Notes: generated from the letters alone by a model not told the origin. DNA of 64,000 nt from Arenimonas sp. GDDSR-1 (GCF_025980345.1 NZ_JAPDUI010000005.1:893-64892); one strand, 5' to 3'. Shown: positions 35,411 through 44,486, counted from the stretch's first letter. A program made the numbers and translations.

Positions 35411-37558
35411 ATGTCCATCCGATGCCTTAATGTCCTGAAGCATTCACGCATGCCGCTGCTGTTCACCCTTGCGGTGCTGGCGGGCTGCGCCCGTGAGCCC
35501 GACAATGCCGCCGATGCGGTTTATTCGGGTGGCGACATCCTGACCATGACCGGAGATCAGCCGGCCTATGCGGAAGCACTGGCGGTCAAGGACGGAAAAA
35601 TCAGCTTTGTGGGCAGCAAGGCCGAGGCCGATAAGCTGGCCGGAAAGGATACGTTGCAGATTGACCTCAAGGGCAGAGCGCTGCTGCCGGGATTCATCGA
35701 CGGGCACTCCCATTACTTCAATTCGCTGTCCGTGGCCAATCAGGCCATGCTGTATGCGCCGCCGGCCGGTCCGGGCAAGGATGTCGACAGCATCATCGCG
35801 ACCCTGAAGGCCTTCGCTGCCACGCGCAAGATTCCCAAAGGCGAGCTGATTATCGGTTATGGCTATGACGACACCGTGATGCCTGGCGGCCGTCTTCTGA
35901 ACCGCGATGATCTGGATGCCGCCTTTCCGGATAATCCGGTCCGTGTCGATCATGTATCGATGCATGGCACCGTGCTGAACAGCCAGGCCATGAAACTGTA
36001 CGGTTTCGATGCCAACACCAAAACCCCGCCGGGCGGTGTCATCGTCCGCAAACCCGGAACCAATGAACCTTACGGTCTCATCATGGAAACCGCTTTCCTT
36101 CCGGTGTTCGAGAAAACCGCCGCGATGACGCCCGAACAGGAAATCGCCGGCAGCAAGGCCGGTCAGCTGATGTATGCCGCCGCCGGCATCACCACGGCGC
36201 AGGAAGGCGCGACCCATCTGGCGCAGCTGCAGACCATGAAACGGGCCGGTGCCGCCGATGCCAATATCATCGATATCGTGGCCTATCCGTTCATTGTCGA
36301 TCTCGATAAGATTCTGGCCGCCTATCCGGCTTCGGGCTGGGGAAAGTACGACAAACGGCTTAAAGTCGGCGGTGTCAAAATCACCGCGGACGGTTCCCCG
36401 CAGGGCCGCACCGCGTTTTTCAGCACGCCTTATCTGACCGGCGGACCGGGCGGCGAGAAGAATTGGCGCGGCGAGCCGACCTTCCCGGCGGAAACCCTGC
36501 AGCAGATGCTGAAGAAAGTCTACGACCTGAATGTGCCGCTGACCTACCATGCCAACGGCGATGCCGCCATCGACATGCTGCTCAATGCGCATGAAACCGT
36601 CGCAGCCGGAGATCTTAGCCGGGACCGCCATGTAACCATCATCCATGCCCAATTCGCCCGCAAGGACCAGCTGGCCAAATTCGCGCAGTATAAATTCCGT
36701 CCGTCCTTCTACACGCTGCACACCTTCTATTTCGCCGATGCCCATATCGCCAACCGCGGCAAGGATCAGGCCATGTATATCAGCCCGATGCGCGATGCCA
36801 TCGATGCCGGACTGCGTCCGAGCAACCACACCGATGCCGTGGTGGCACCGCTCGATCAGATGTTCATGCTGTGGTCGGCGGTCAACCGGAAATCCCGGAG
36901 TGGTCTGGATATCGGTCCCGATCAGCGCATCAGTGCCTATGAAGGCCTGAAGACGATGACGTCATGGGCGGCCGAGCAGTATGGCGAGCAGGCGTCGAAG
37001 GGCACGCTGGAAGTCGGTAAATTGGCGGACATGGTCATTCTGGAGAGCAACCCGCTGAAAGCCGATCCCGCCGAGATTTACCGTATCCGTGTCATGGAGA
37101 CCATCAAGGACGGCAAGGTGATTTATACGGCGCCTGCCGATCTGTCGGCAAAGCCCGCGCTGGTTTTTGCAGCGCCTGCCGCGGCTCCGGCAGCCGAGCC
37201 TGAGGCGCTTCCCACCAAGCCACAGGCGAAAGCACCGGATAAAGCCAAAGCCACGCCGGCTGCCGCGGATAAACAAGCGGCGGATGCCAAAGCCAAGGCG
37301 GCAGCAGCGGCCGCCGCCAAGCAGCAGGCCAAGCGCTCCAATGAAAAGAAACCGTTGACGCCGAAGCCTGCGGTTGCGGAAACGCCGGCCGTGGCAGAAG
37401 CACCGAAGCCCAAAGAGGTACGGTTTAATATGACCCAGGACGGCAAGAAGATGACGCCGGAGGATTTCGAGGCCTGGATGAAAGCACAGGGCATCCGGAT
37501 TGTTCCGGCCAAACCGGTGGAAGCACCGCCGGCCGATGCCAAGAAGGACGGCGGCTGA
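35411..37558 (+). CDS. Lipoprotein amidohydrolase (YtcJ/Amidohydro_3-like) with long low-complexity C-terminal extension
   Basis: Lipobox LAGC; PGFIDGHSH metal motif, HANGD, HAQF, GTLEVGKLAD; final ~140 aa Ala/Pro/Lys-rich. Confidence 0.88.
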   Translation: MSIRCLNVLKHSRMPLLFTLAVLAGCAREPDNAADAVYSGGDILTMTGDQPAYAEALAVKDGKISFVGSKAEADKLAGKDTLQIDLKGRALLPGFIDGHSHYFNSLSVANQAMLYAPPAGPGKDVDSIIATLKAFAATRKIPKGELIIGYGYDDTVMPGGRLLNRDDLDAAFPDNPVRVDHVSMHGTVLNSQAMKLYGFDANTKTPPGGVIVRKPGTNEPYGLIMETAFLPVFEKTAAMTPEQEIAGSKAGQLMYAAAGITTAQEGATHLAQLQTMKRAGAADANIIDIVAYPFIVDLDKILAAYPASGWGKYDKRLKVGGVKITADGSPQGRTAFFSTPYLTGGPGGEKNWRGEPTFPAETLQQMLKKVYDLNVPLTYHANGDAAIDMLLNAHETVAAGDLSRDRHVTIIHAQFARKDQLAKFAQYKFRPSFYTLHTFYFADAHIANRGKDQAMYISPMRDAIDAGLRPSNHTDAVVAPLDQMFMLWSAVNRKSRSGLDIGPDQRISAYEGLKTMTSWAAEQYGEQASKGTLEVGKLADMVILESNPLKADPAEIYRIRVMETIKDGKVIYTAPADLSAKPALVFAAPAAAPAAEPEALPTKPQAKAPDKAKATPAAADKQAADAKAKAAAAAAAKQQAKRSNEKKPLTPKPAVAETPAVAEAPKPKEVRFNMTQDGKKMTPEDFEAWMKAQGIRIVPAKPVEAPPADAKKDGG

Positions 37559-37576
37559 ACCGTTCTCTGCGAATGA

Positions 37577-37609
37577 AATAAAAAACCCGGCTTAGCCGGG
37601 TTTTTTATT
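37577..37609. terminator. Bidirectional terminator between convergent genes
   Basis: AATAAAAAACCCGGC-TTA-GCCGGGTTTTTTATT. Confidence 0.88.
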
Positions 37610-38632
37610 GGTGAATCGGTAGTGCGCCACCATCCATTCATTGCCGTCATTGTAGGCGAACAGTTCGGCACAGGCCATCCAGAACATGCGCCAGCGTTGT
37701 GACCAGATAGCAGCTTGATCGGCACCATAGGCCGCCGAGAGGATTTCCAGGATCCGCGCGCGGTTGCGGTCCTGGTTTTCCAGCCATTGATTGCTGGTGC
37801 GGGCGTAATGGCGTCCGGGAACCAGCCAACGCTGTTCGACGGACAGATCCTCGGAGAAATGCAGCAGTGTGTCGGCCGAGGGCATCAGGCCGCCGGTGAA
37901 GAAGTACCGCCCCATCCAGTTGTCATCGCCGCCGGTTTCGAACGGGTACATCAGGTAGCGGTGCACGAAGATGTGCACGAACAGTTTGCCGTCCGGTTTC
38001 AGCCATCGGCTGATGCCGTTCAACAGACTGCGGTAGTTGCGCATATGCTCGAACATTTCCACCGAAACGCAGCGGTCGAACTGGTCACTGTCGAAATCAA
38101 GGACATTCACATCGCAGGTGATCACCGTGACATTGCCGAATCCTCGCTCCTGGCAGCGTGCTTCGATGTGGGCGCGCTGTGTTGCCGAATTCGAGACGAC
38201 GGTAATGCGTGCATTCGGATACTGTTCGGCCATCCAGAGGGTCAGCGACCCCCAGCCGCAGCCGAGCTCCAGAATCCGTTGTCCGTCGGCCAACTCCGCG
38301 CGTTCGCCGTAGAGGCGCAGCATGTGTTCTTCGGCCGCATCCAGGGACTCATTGCCCTCGGGATAGAATGCCGAGGAATACTTGAGGCGTTTGCCGAGGC
38401 AGAGCTGGAAAAACTCGGTCGGAAGTTCGTAGTGCTGCTCGTTGGCAGCCTGCGTTTCGATCGCAATCGGGCTGGATTTCAGTTCGGAGACCAGTGCATT
38501 GAAGCGTGCATCGGCGAATCCGGCGTCCGCCAGGCCTTCGTCCTGAAGACGTTGACGGCATAGGCGGCGGATACCGTAACGGATGAGCGCGTCGGGCAGA
38601 AGGCCGCGTTCGGCTAAATCAAGCAGACTCAT
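37592..38632 (-). CDS. SAM-dependent methyltransferase, Cfa/CMAS-related
   Basis: ANEQHYE, LKYSS, ILELGCGWGSL, SVEMFEHM, GRYFFTGG. Confidence 0.9.
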   Translation of the reverse strand: MSLLDLAERGLLPDALIRYGIRRLCRQRLQDEGLADAGFADARFNALVSELKSSPIAIETQAANEQHYELPTEFFQLCLGKRLKYSSAFYPEGNESLDAAEEHMLRLYGERAELADGQRILELGCGWGSLTLWMAEQYPNARITVVSNSATQRAHIEARCQERGFGNVTVITCDVNVLDFDSDQFDRCVSVEMFEHMRNYRSLLNGISRWLKPDGKLFVHIFVHRYLMYPFETGGDDNWMGRYFFTGGLMPSADTLLHFSEDLSVEQRWLVPGRHYARTSNQWLENQDRNRARILEILSAAYGADQAAIWSQRWRMFWMACAELFAYNDGNEWMVAHYRFTNKKPG

Positions 38633-39423
38633 AAAGCTCCATTGTCCGAAGACTTCGGGGGCAGGGGAAAGAAGGCGCTGACTTCACTCTGATAGCGCCG
38701 GTAGTCGTCACCGCGCGAGCGAAGGGCCTGGGCTTCGGTCCACGGAATGCCGCTGACGCGGTAAAGGAAAGCCAGCATGAGCACCGGCCCGACCAGGCTT
38801 AGCCAGAAATGCGAACTGCCGATGGCCAGGAACAGATAGGCGAACCAGTGCAGCCATTCGAAAAAGTAATTCGGATGACGCGACCAGGCCCACAAGCCAC
38901 TCCGGCAGGTTTTTCCGCGGTTCGCGGGATTGTTCCGGAACGCGGCCAATTGCCGGTCCGCCAGTGATTCACCGGTAACACTGAGGACAAAAACAGCTGT
39001 TGCGGTGAAAAACCAGAAATCAAGCGTCACGTTTGTATTGTTTGCGGCTGCTATGAACGGCAGGCTGAACAAGGCCACGATGATCGCCTGCCCCTGGAAG
39101 AACACGAACAGTTTGCCCGGACTGCCGTTCCAGGCCGCACGAAGGGCCTGATAACGGCCATCTTCGGGTTCATGACGCACGCGCACATACAGCGAAAGAA
39201 AAAGACGCAAGCCCCAGAACCCGGCAAACAGGGCGACCGAGATCCGGGCCAAATCCGTTCCCTGCGCCACAGCAGCGCAGAAAATGCCGGCAATGGCCAT
39301 CAAGCCTGCCCAGGCCACATCCACGATGCCGATATTGCGGATTTTCAAGGCGAGCAGCCAGACCAAAATCATGGCCAGCGCACTGAATCCGAAGATGAGT
39401 GAAACGGTCATTACAACGCTCAT
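38629..39423 (-). CDS. DUF1295 family membrane protein (steroid 5-alpha-reductase-like)
   Basis: IVDVAW, EDGRY, ADRQLAAFR, GLWAWSRHPNYFFEW. Confidence 0.88.
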   Translation of the reverse strand: MSVVMTVSLIFGFSALAMILVWLLALKIRNIGIVDVAWAGLMAIAGIFCAAVAQGTDLARISVALFAGFWGLRLFLSLYVRVRHEPEDGRYQALRAAWNGSPGKLFVFFQGQAIIVALFSLPFIAAANNTNVTLDFWFFTATAVFVLSVTGESLADRQLAAFRNNPANRGKTCRSGLWAWSRHPNYFFEWLHWFAYLFLAIGSSHFWLSLVGPVLMLAFLYRVSGIPWTEAQALRSRGDDYRRYQSEVSAFFPLPPKSSDNGAL

Positions 39424-39980
39424 GCGCTTTGTCCTTTGGGTAAACCGAAGTTCCGGCCGTCAAGCCAGCGGATGGTGCTCAGTCCAAGGCCCCAGACCAA
39501 ACCGATCCACAAGGCGCATTGCACGGTGCTGCCCTGCACGGACATCGCCTCGAAACGCAGCGTGGCGATGCCATAGGCGATGGGACCGCCCAACAGTCCG
39601 AACAGGAAGGTCGGCACCGCTTTGCGGTAGATGCCGCTCAGCGAGTGGTTCAGTGTCAGGGCAAAGCCCAGCCAGAGCGCCATGATCCAGATCGGCGCCA
39701 GTCCGGGAAGCGGGTAAGGGCTGGCAAACTGCAGACACTGGGATTGCACCAGGATGCTGTCCATGACGAATCCCATCGGCAACGCAATACCCAGCGTACG
39801 CAGATCCCGATGGCGTTGCGGGGAAAAGGCCAGGGTAAATGCGGCAAACACTGCGGCAACAGCCAGTCCCGGCCACCAGAACCCCCGGCCGGCCCCGATT
39901 ACGCTGACCAGCCAGACCGCCTGAAATCCGATGATGTTGAGGACGGTCCATGACCAGTCGGGCAGATTGGCCCGGCTCAT
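39420..39980 (-). CDS. DUF2878-like membrane protein
   Basis: NIIGFQAVWL, PIWIMALWLGFALT, GGPIAY; ATGA-coupled on both sides. Confidence 0.8.
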   Translation of the reverse strand: MSRANLPDWSWTVLNIIGFQAVWLVSVIGAGRGFWWPGLAVAAVFAAFTLAFSPQRHRDLRTLGIALPMGFVMDSILVQSQCLQFASPYPLPGLAPIWIMALWLGFALTLNHSLSGIYRKAVPTFLFGLLGGPIAYGIATLRFEAMSVQGSTVQCALWIGLVWGLGLSTIRWLDGRNFGLPKGQSA

Positions 39981-41218
39981 GCGGGATACCGTTCTTTGCC
40001 GAACAGCAGATGCACGTCGCTGATGGATTGTTCGAGAAAACCGGCTTCGCAGTAGGCGAGGTAGAAGTCCCACATGCGCAGGAAGCGTCGGTCGTAGCCC
40101 AGCGCCAGAACCTCGGCTTCGCGGGACAGGAAACGCTCGCGCCAGGCATGGATGGTCTTGGCGTAGCTGTCCCCGATGTCCTGCAGGTCGAGCAGACGCA
40201 GCTGTCCGGCCTGCGCCGCGGAAGAGACCATGCTGCTCACGCAGGGAATGTAACTGCCCGGGAAGATATAGCGTTTGATGAAATCGACGCTGGAAAGCGC
40301 CAGCTCATAACGGTGGTCTTCGATGGTGATGGCCTGAATCAGCGCCGTGCCGCCCGGTTTGAGCAGATTGGCGCATTTGGTGAAGTAGGTGTCCTGGTAT
40401 TGATGTCCGATGGCCTCGATCATTTCAATCGAGACGAGTTTGTCGAATTGGCCTTCGAGGTCGCGGTAATCCCGGAACAGCAGGGTAATGCGGTCCTGCA
40501 GTCCTTCGGCCGCGATCCGTGCTTTGGCCAGATCGAACTGCTCCTGGGAAATCGTGGTCGTGGTGACGCGGCATCCGGTGTGTTTGGCGGCATAAATGGC
40601 CATGCCGCCCCAGCCGGTACCGATTTCGACCAGATGATCATCGGAGGACAGCGCCAGTTTCTCGCAGATCAACTGCAGTTTGCGTTGCGAAGCCTGTTCC
40701 AGCGTCATGCCGTCACGGTCGAAGACCGCTGAGGAATACATCAGGCTCGGATCGAGAAACAGTTCGAACAGGGCATTGCCCAGATCATAGTGGGCGGCGA
40801 TGTTTTTACGGCTGCCGGTGCGGGTATTGCGCCGAAACGCATGTGCGGCTTTCATCAGCCATCCTGCGAAACGGGCGCCGCCGCCCTCCATCGCGTCCAG
40901 CAGATTCCGGTTGCGGATCAGCAGGCGCATCAGGCCGACCAGATCGTCCGTCTGCCAGTCACCGTCCATATAGGATTCGGCGGCACCGACCGAGCCGCCG
41001 AATGCGAGTTTGCCGAAGAACCGGCCATCGTCCACGATCAGCGTACCGAATCCGGGAAGCTCCGTGTTTCCGTAAAGCGCCGACTCGCCGTGTTCCCGGA
41101 TCCGCAGATGGCCATGCCTGAGCATGGCGAGCTTGCGAAGTACCTGTTTGCGCGCCAGCGCATCGATACCCGACAGGCCGGAGTCGGTGCTGATGCCGTT
41201 GGAGTCAGTTCGGATCAT
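39977..41218 (-). CDS. Cyclopropane-fatty-acyl-phospholipid synthase family methyltransferase (UfaM-like)
   Basis: NIAAHYDLGN, MYSSA, EIGTGWGG, DYRDL, SIEMIEA, IKRYIFPG, WDFYLAYCE. Confidence 0.92.
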   Translation of the reverse strand: MIRTDSNGISTDSGLSGIDALARKQVLRKLAMLRHGHLRIREHGESALYGNTELPGFGTLIVDDGRFFGKLAFGGSVGAAESYMDGDWQTDDLVGLMRLLIRNRNLLDAMEGGGARFAGWLMKAAHAFRRNTRTGSRKNIAAHYDLGNALFELFLDPSLMYSSAVFDRDGMTLEQASQRKLQLICEKLALSSDDHLVEIGTGWGGMAIYAAKHTGCRVTTTTISQEQFDLAKARIAAEGLQDRITLLFRDYRDLEGQFDKLVSIEMIEAIGHQYQDTYFTKCANLLKPGGTALIQAITIEDHRYELALSSVDFIKRYIFPGSYIPCVSSMVSSAAQAGQLRLLDLQDIGDSYAKTIHAWRERFLSREAEVLALGYDRRFLRMWDFYLAYCEAGFLEQSISDVHLLFGKERYPA

Positions 41219-41935
41219 GGTCTGCCTTGGGGTGGGAGTGGAACGGATTGCGCTTGAGCCAGAGCCGGAGTGCATTCCAGTAAATGCCGAACGCCACCGT
41301 AGCGCTCATCCAGGGCTGCAGAAGGAGTTCGCGCAACAGGTTTTGTGAAGTCAATTCTCGCCGTTGCAGGGTCAAGGTCGCGTCAAATTGCTTCACTCCG
41401 GCCTTATCGACCCGCATGTAGACATCCAGGCGCTGTCCGGGACAACCGAACCGCCAGTCATAGTCGAGGTCCATCGGCAGAAACGGCGAAACATGGAATT
41501 GCTTCGGGAACTGCCAGCGGCCCGCGTGATCTTCAGCGTCAGCCGCGGACACAGGCAGAAAATAACTGTAGCGTTCACCCCAGGGGGTATTGGTGATTTC
41601 CGCCAGAATCCACTTAAGGGTCGTCCCGTCCGGGGCAAAACCGTAATAAAAACTGACGGGGTTGATCACGTAGCCGAAAACCCGCAAATGGGTCAGCAGG
41701 AAGATCGGCCCTTCTCCAGCGGCAGGGCGCAATCGCCGAAATAATCCTTGCGCCGGAAGCCGAGCCAGTTGAACCGCTCCGTCGAGCAGAACCAGAACGG
41801 CTTCAGTGTCCGCTCGATGCGGCTGATGTCCAGATAGAGCTGGAAAATCCGATAGCGGAAGGCATGTGCTTTGGGAGTGAAACGGCGGTGACCGATATGT
41901 CCGGCGAAAATCGCATCGGCCTGCGGCAGACTCAT
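41205..41935 (-). pseudogene. DUF1365 family gene (UfaO-like) split by an apparent deletion and frameshift near 41712
   Basis: N-terminal half (GHIGHRRFTPKAHAFRY...YFGDCALPLEK) and C-terminal half (GPIFLLTHLR..NPVSFYY..EITNTPW..KQFHVSPF) are in different frames. Confidence 0.8.
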
Positions 41936-43110
41936 GGCGCGAGAATGCCTTCGGCCGCTTCATGCCCGCTGCGGAAGCCGTCCTCGTGGAATCCGAAGCC
42001 CCAGTAGGCCCCGCAGAACCAGCTCCGGCGCTTGCCCTGGATTTCGTGGCGCCGGGACTGGGCGCGGACCATGGCATGGTCATAGACCGGATGGTGGTAC
42101 TGCATGATTGCGAAAATTTTCGCCGGATCGATCTGGCTGCGCTGGTTCAGGCTGCATGGCGCTGCCGGATCGTCAGGGATGTCGGCATTCCATGCCGCCC
42201 AGGCGCGACGGTCCGGCGGCAGAACAGAAGCATCGCAGTGCAGAACGGTTTCGTTGGCCTGGTAGCGGATTGCGCCGAGGATGGACCGCTCGTTGTCATC
42301 GGCATCGCCCAGCATCATCAGGGTCTGGTCGCTGTGGCAGGCGAATATGACCTGATCGAAATGCTCCGTACCGTGCGGCGTGGTAATGCTGACATTCTCT
42401 TCAGTGCGCGTCACTTGCTGGACGGGGGCATTGAGGCGCACCGATACCGGCCACGTTCCGGAAAGTTTCTCGATATAACTGCTCGATCCGTTTTCCAGCA
42501 CCCGCCAAAGCGGACGATCGCTGATCTGCAGCATGTGGTGATTGGCCATGAAAGCCACCAGATACTTCGCCGGAAAGTCCAGAATGCGTTGGCTGGGTGA
42601 CGACCACAAGGCGCTGGCCATGGGAATCAGATGATTGTGGACGAAGTAGGGGCTGTAGCCGTTGGCGTCGAGATAATCGCCAAGCGCCGGGCCTTCCTGG
42701 TCGGAAGCCAGAAGCGCAGGGCATTCGGCATAGAAACGGCGGATATCAGCAAGCATGCGCCAGAACGGCGGAGAAAGCAGATTGCGTTTCTGGCAGAACA
42801 GGCCGCCCAGATCGTGCGCGTTGTAATACATGCCGAGGGCGCGGTTGTGCACCGCGAAACTCATCTCAGTGGGTTTGGTCGGAACTCCGAGGTCCTTGAG
42901 AAAGCCGCTGAACAGCGGATAGTTTTCCGGATTGTGGACGATGAAGCCCGAATCGATGCGGTAGTTATTGCCATCGAGCGCGATGTCGTGGGTATGCGTG
43001 TGCCCACCGAGCCGGCTTTCCTTTTCGAACAACACGACCTCGTGCTGCCTGCAGAGTTTCCACGCCGCGCTGATGCCGGCGATGCCGCTGCCGATGATCG
43101 CGATTTTCAT
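41932..43110 (-). CDS. FAD-dependent oxidoreductase (amine oxidase/UfaD-like), probably with an in-frame internal deletion near 42153
   Basis: IAIIGSGIAG, RLGGHTHT, DSGFIVHN, FACHSDQ, AWAAWN, GAYWGFGFHEDG. Confidence 0.88.
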   Translation of the reverse strand: MKIAIIGSGIAGISAAWKLCRQHEVVLFEKESRLGGHTHTHDIALDGNNYRIDSGFIVHNPENYPLFSGFLKDLGVPTKPTEMSFAVHNRALGMYYNAHDLGGLFCQKRNLLSPPFWRMLADIRRFYAECPALLASDQEGPALGDYLDANGYSPYFVHNHLIPMASALWSSPSQRILDFPAKYLVAFMANHHMLQISDRPLWRVLENGSSSYIEKLSGTWPVSVRLNAPVQQVTRTEENVSITTPHGTEHFDQVIFACHSDQTLMMLGDADDNERSILGAIRYQANETVLHCDASVLPPDRRAWAAWNADIPDDPAAPCSLNQRSQIDPAKIFAIMQYHHPVYDHAMVRAQSRRHEIQGKRRSWFCGAYWGFGFHEDGFRSGHEAAEGILAP

Positions 43111-44021
43111 GCCGGCTGCCGTTTGATGTGGGCGGGGACCGGCTTGAGATCCCATGTCAGTCCCACAGTCTGCATCGCGCGCAATGCGAGGTAGGTCAGA
43201 TCGACTTCCCACCAGAAAAAGCCCTGACGGACGCTGTTCGGGTAATGGTGGTGATTGTTGTGCCAGCCTTCGCCGAGGGTCAGCAGGGCCAGAAGGGCAT
43301 TGTTGCGGCTGTCATCGCCGGTATCGTAACGGCGTCGGCCCCAGACGTGGGCGATGGAATTGATGCTGACGGTGACATGGAAAAGGACAACGGTCGAAAT
43401 CACGAAACCCCAGACCAGCAATTGCGGACCGGAGGTGCCGAGTCCTGGCGCAATGCGCTCGAGCAGAGCGCCGAGGCCATACATCAGAACGGCCAGGGTG
43501 AACGGCGCCACGATGTCGAATCGATTCAGCCAACGCAGCGCCGGCCGTTTCGCGAAGTCCTGGATGACGCTGTAGTCGGTGGCAAAGGCTTCGTGCCGGA
43601 GAAACCAGGCCATGTGGCTCTGCCAGAAGCCATGCCGTGGACTGTGCAGATCCTGTTCGGTATCGGAATGCCGGTGGTGTTTGCGGTGATGCGCGGCCCA
43701 CCATAGTGCGCCGCGCTGGGAGCTGCTGGCGCCGATGAACGCGAACACGGTTTCGACCCAGGGGTGGGTTTTGAAGGTTTTATGGGAGAAATACCGGTGG
43801 TAGAAGCCGGTGATGGCGAACATGCGCAGGGCATAGGTCGCCAGCAGGGCGATCAGGGCCGTAGTTGAAAAGCCGACCCAGAATACGGCAAGGCAGGCGA
43901 CATGCAGGGCGATGAAGGGAACAACGCGTAACCAAGCGATTCCCTGGCGTTGCGAGGGCTTTTCGGCGTCACTGTCGAACCAGGCGAGGATGGCCGCGGT
44001 GCGGTCGGATTTTGAAATCAT
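43107..44021 (-). CDS. Acyl-CoA/acyl-lipid delta-9 desaturase family protein
   Basis: His boxes HRYFSH, HRKHH, GEGWHNNHH. Confidence 0.93.
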   Translation of the reverse strand: MISKSDRTAAILAWFDSDAEKPSQRQGIAWLRVVPFIALHVACLAVFWVGFSTTALIALLATYALRMFAITGFYHRYFSHKTFKTHPWVETVFAFIGASSSQRGALWWAAHHRKHHRHSDTEQDLHSPRHGFWQSHMAWFLRHEAFATDYSVIQDFAKRPALRWLNRFDIVAPFTLAVLMYGLGALLERIAPGLGTSGPQLLVWGFVISTVVLFHVTVSINSIAHVWGRRRYDTGDDSRNNALLALLTLGEGWHNNHHHYPNSVRQGFFWWEVDLTYLALRAMQTVGLTWDLKPVPAHIKRQPA

Positions 44022-44063
44022 GCCGGCATTGTGGGTGCGGGGCGGTGATACCGCCGTGAAGGC

Positions 44064-44452
44064 TTATTCGGCGATATCCACGGTACAGTTCAGCGTGTTG
44101 GCAATGAAGCAGTTGCGGTGCGCGCTGTCATGGAATTTCTTGAGCTCCTCGGCATCCGGAATCTTATCCCCCGAAAAATGGACCTTCGGATTCAGGGTGC
44201 AATGGGTAATCGCCATGCGGCCGTCGGTGTTTTTGCCGAGAACGCCGATGGCGCGATCGGCATATTCCGCCACGAGGCCAGCAACAGGGTTTCCGGATTG
44301 GCCGCGGCCGGATTGCCGAAATAGGCCGGCGCCGAGGAATTCAGCAATTCGTGGCCGTTCTCAAGGCGCACCGTATGGTCGCGGGAGAAGGTGTCGGGCT
44401 GCCCGGGATGCGGAGAAGCTGCCCAGCGGATTTCTGCGGTGTGTTCTGCCAT
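44064..44452 (-). pseudogene. OsmC/Ohr family peroxiredoxin split by an apparent deletion and frameshift at 44272/44273
   Basis: 5' frame FSRDH..SSAP..GNP...NPETLLLAS; 3' frame GVLGKNTDGRMAIT...AHRNCFIANT; the first catalytic Cys segment is absent. Confidence 0.78.
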
Positions 44453-44486
44453 GGCGGCCTCCAGAGGATTGACTTATTCTACACCC

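Noticed and set aside
41700-41725. Programmed ribosomal frameshift as the explanation for the split DUF1365 gene
   Set aside because: No slippery heptamer is evident and conserved residues appear to be missing, which favours a deletion or mis-assembly
41936-42083. Long 5' extension of the 292-aa ORF 41205..42083
   Set aside because: The upstream part has no DUF1365 similarity and overlaps the oxidoreductase; the real N-terminus is in the 41693..41935 frame
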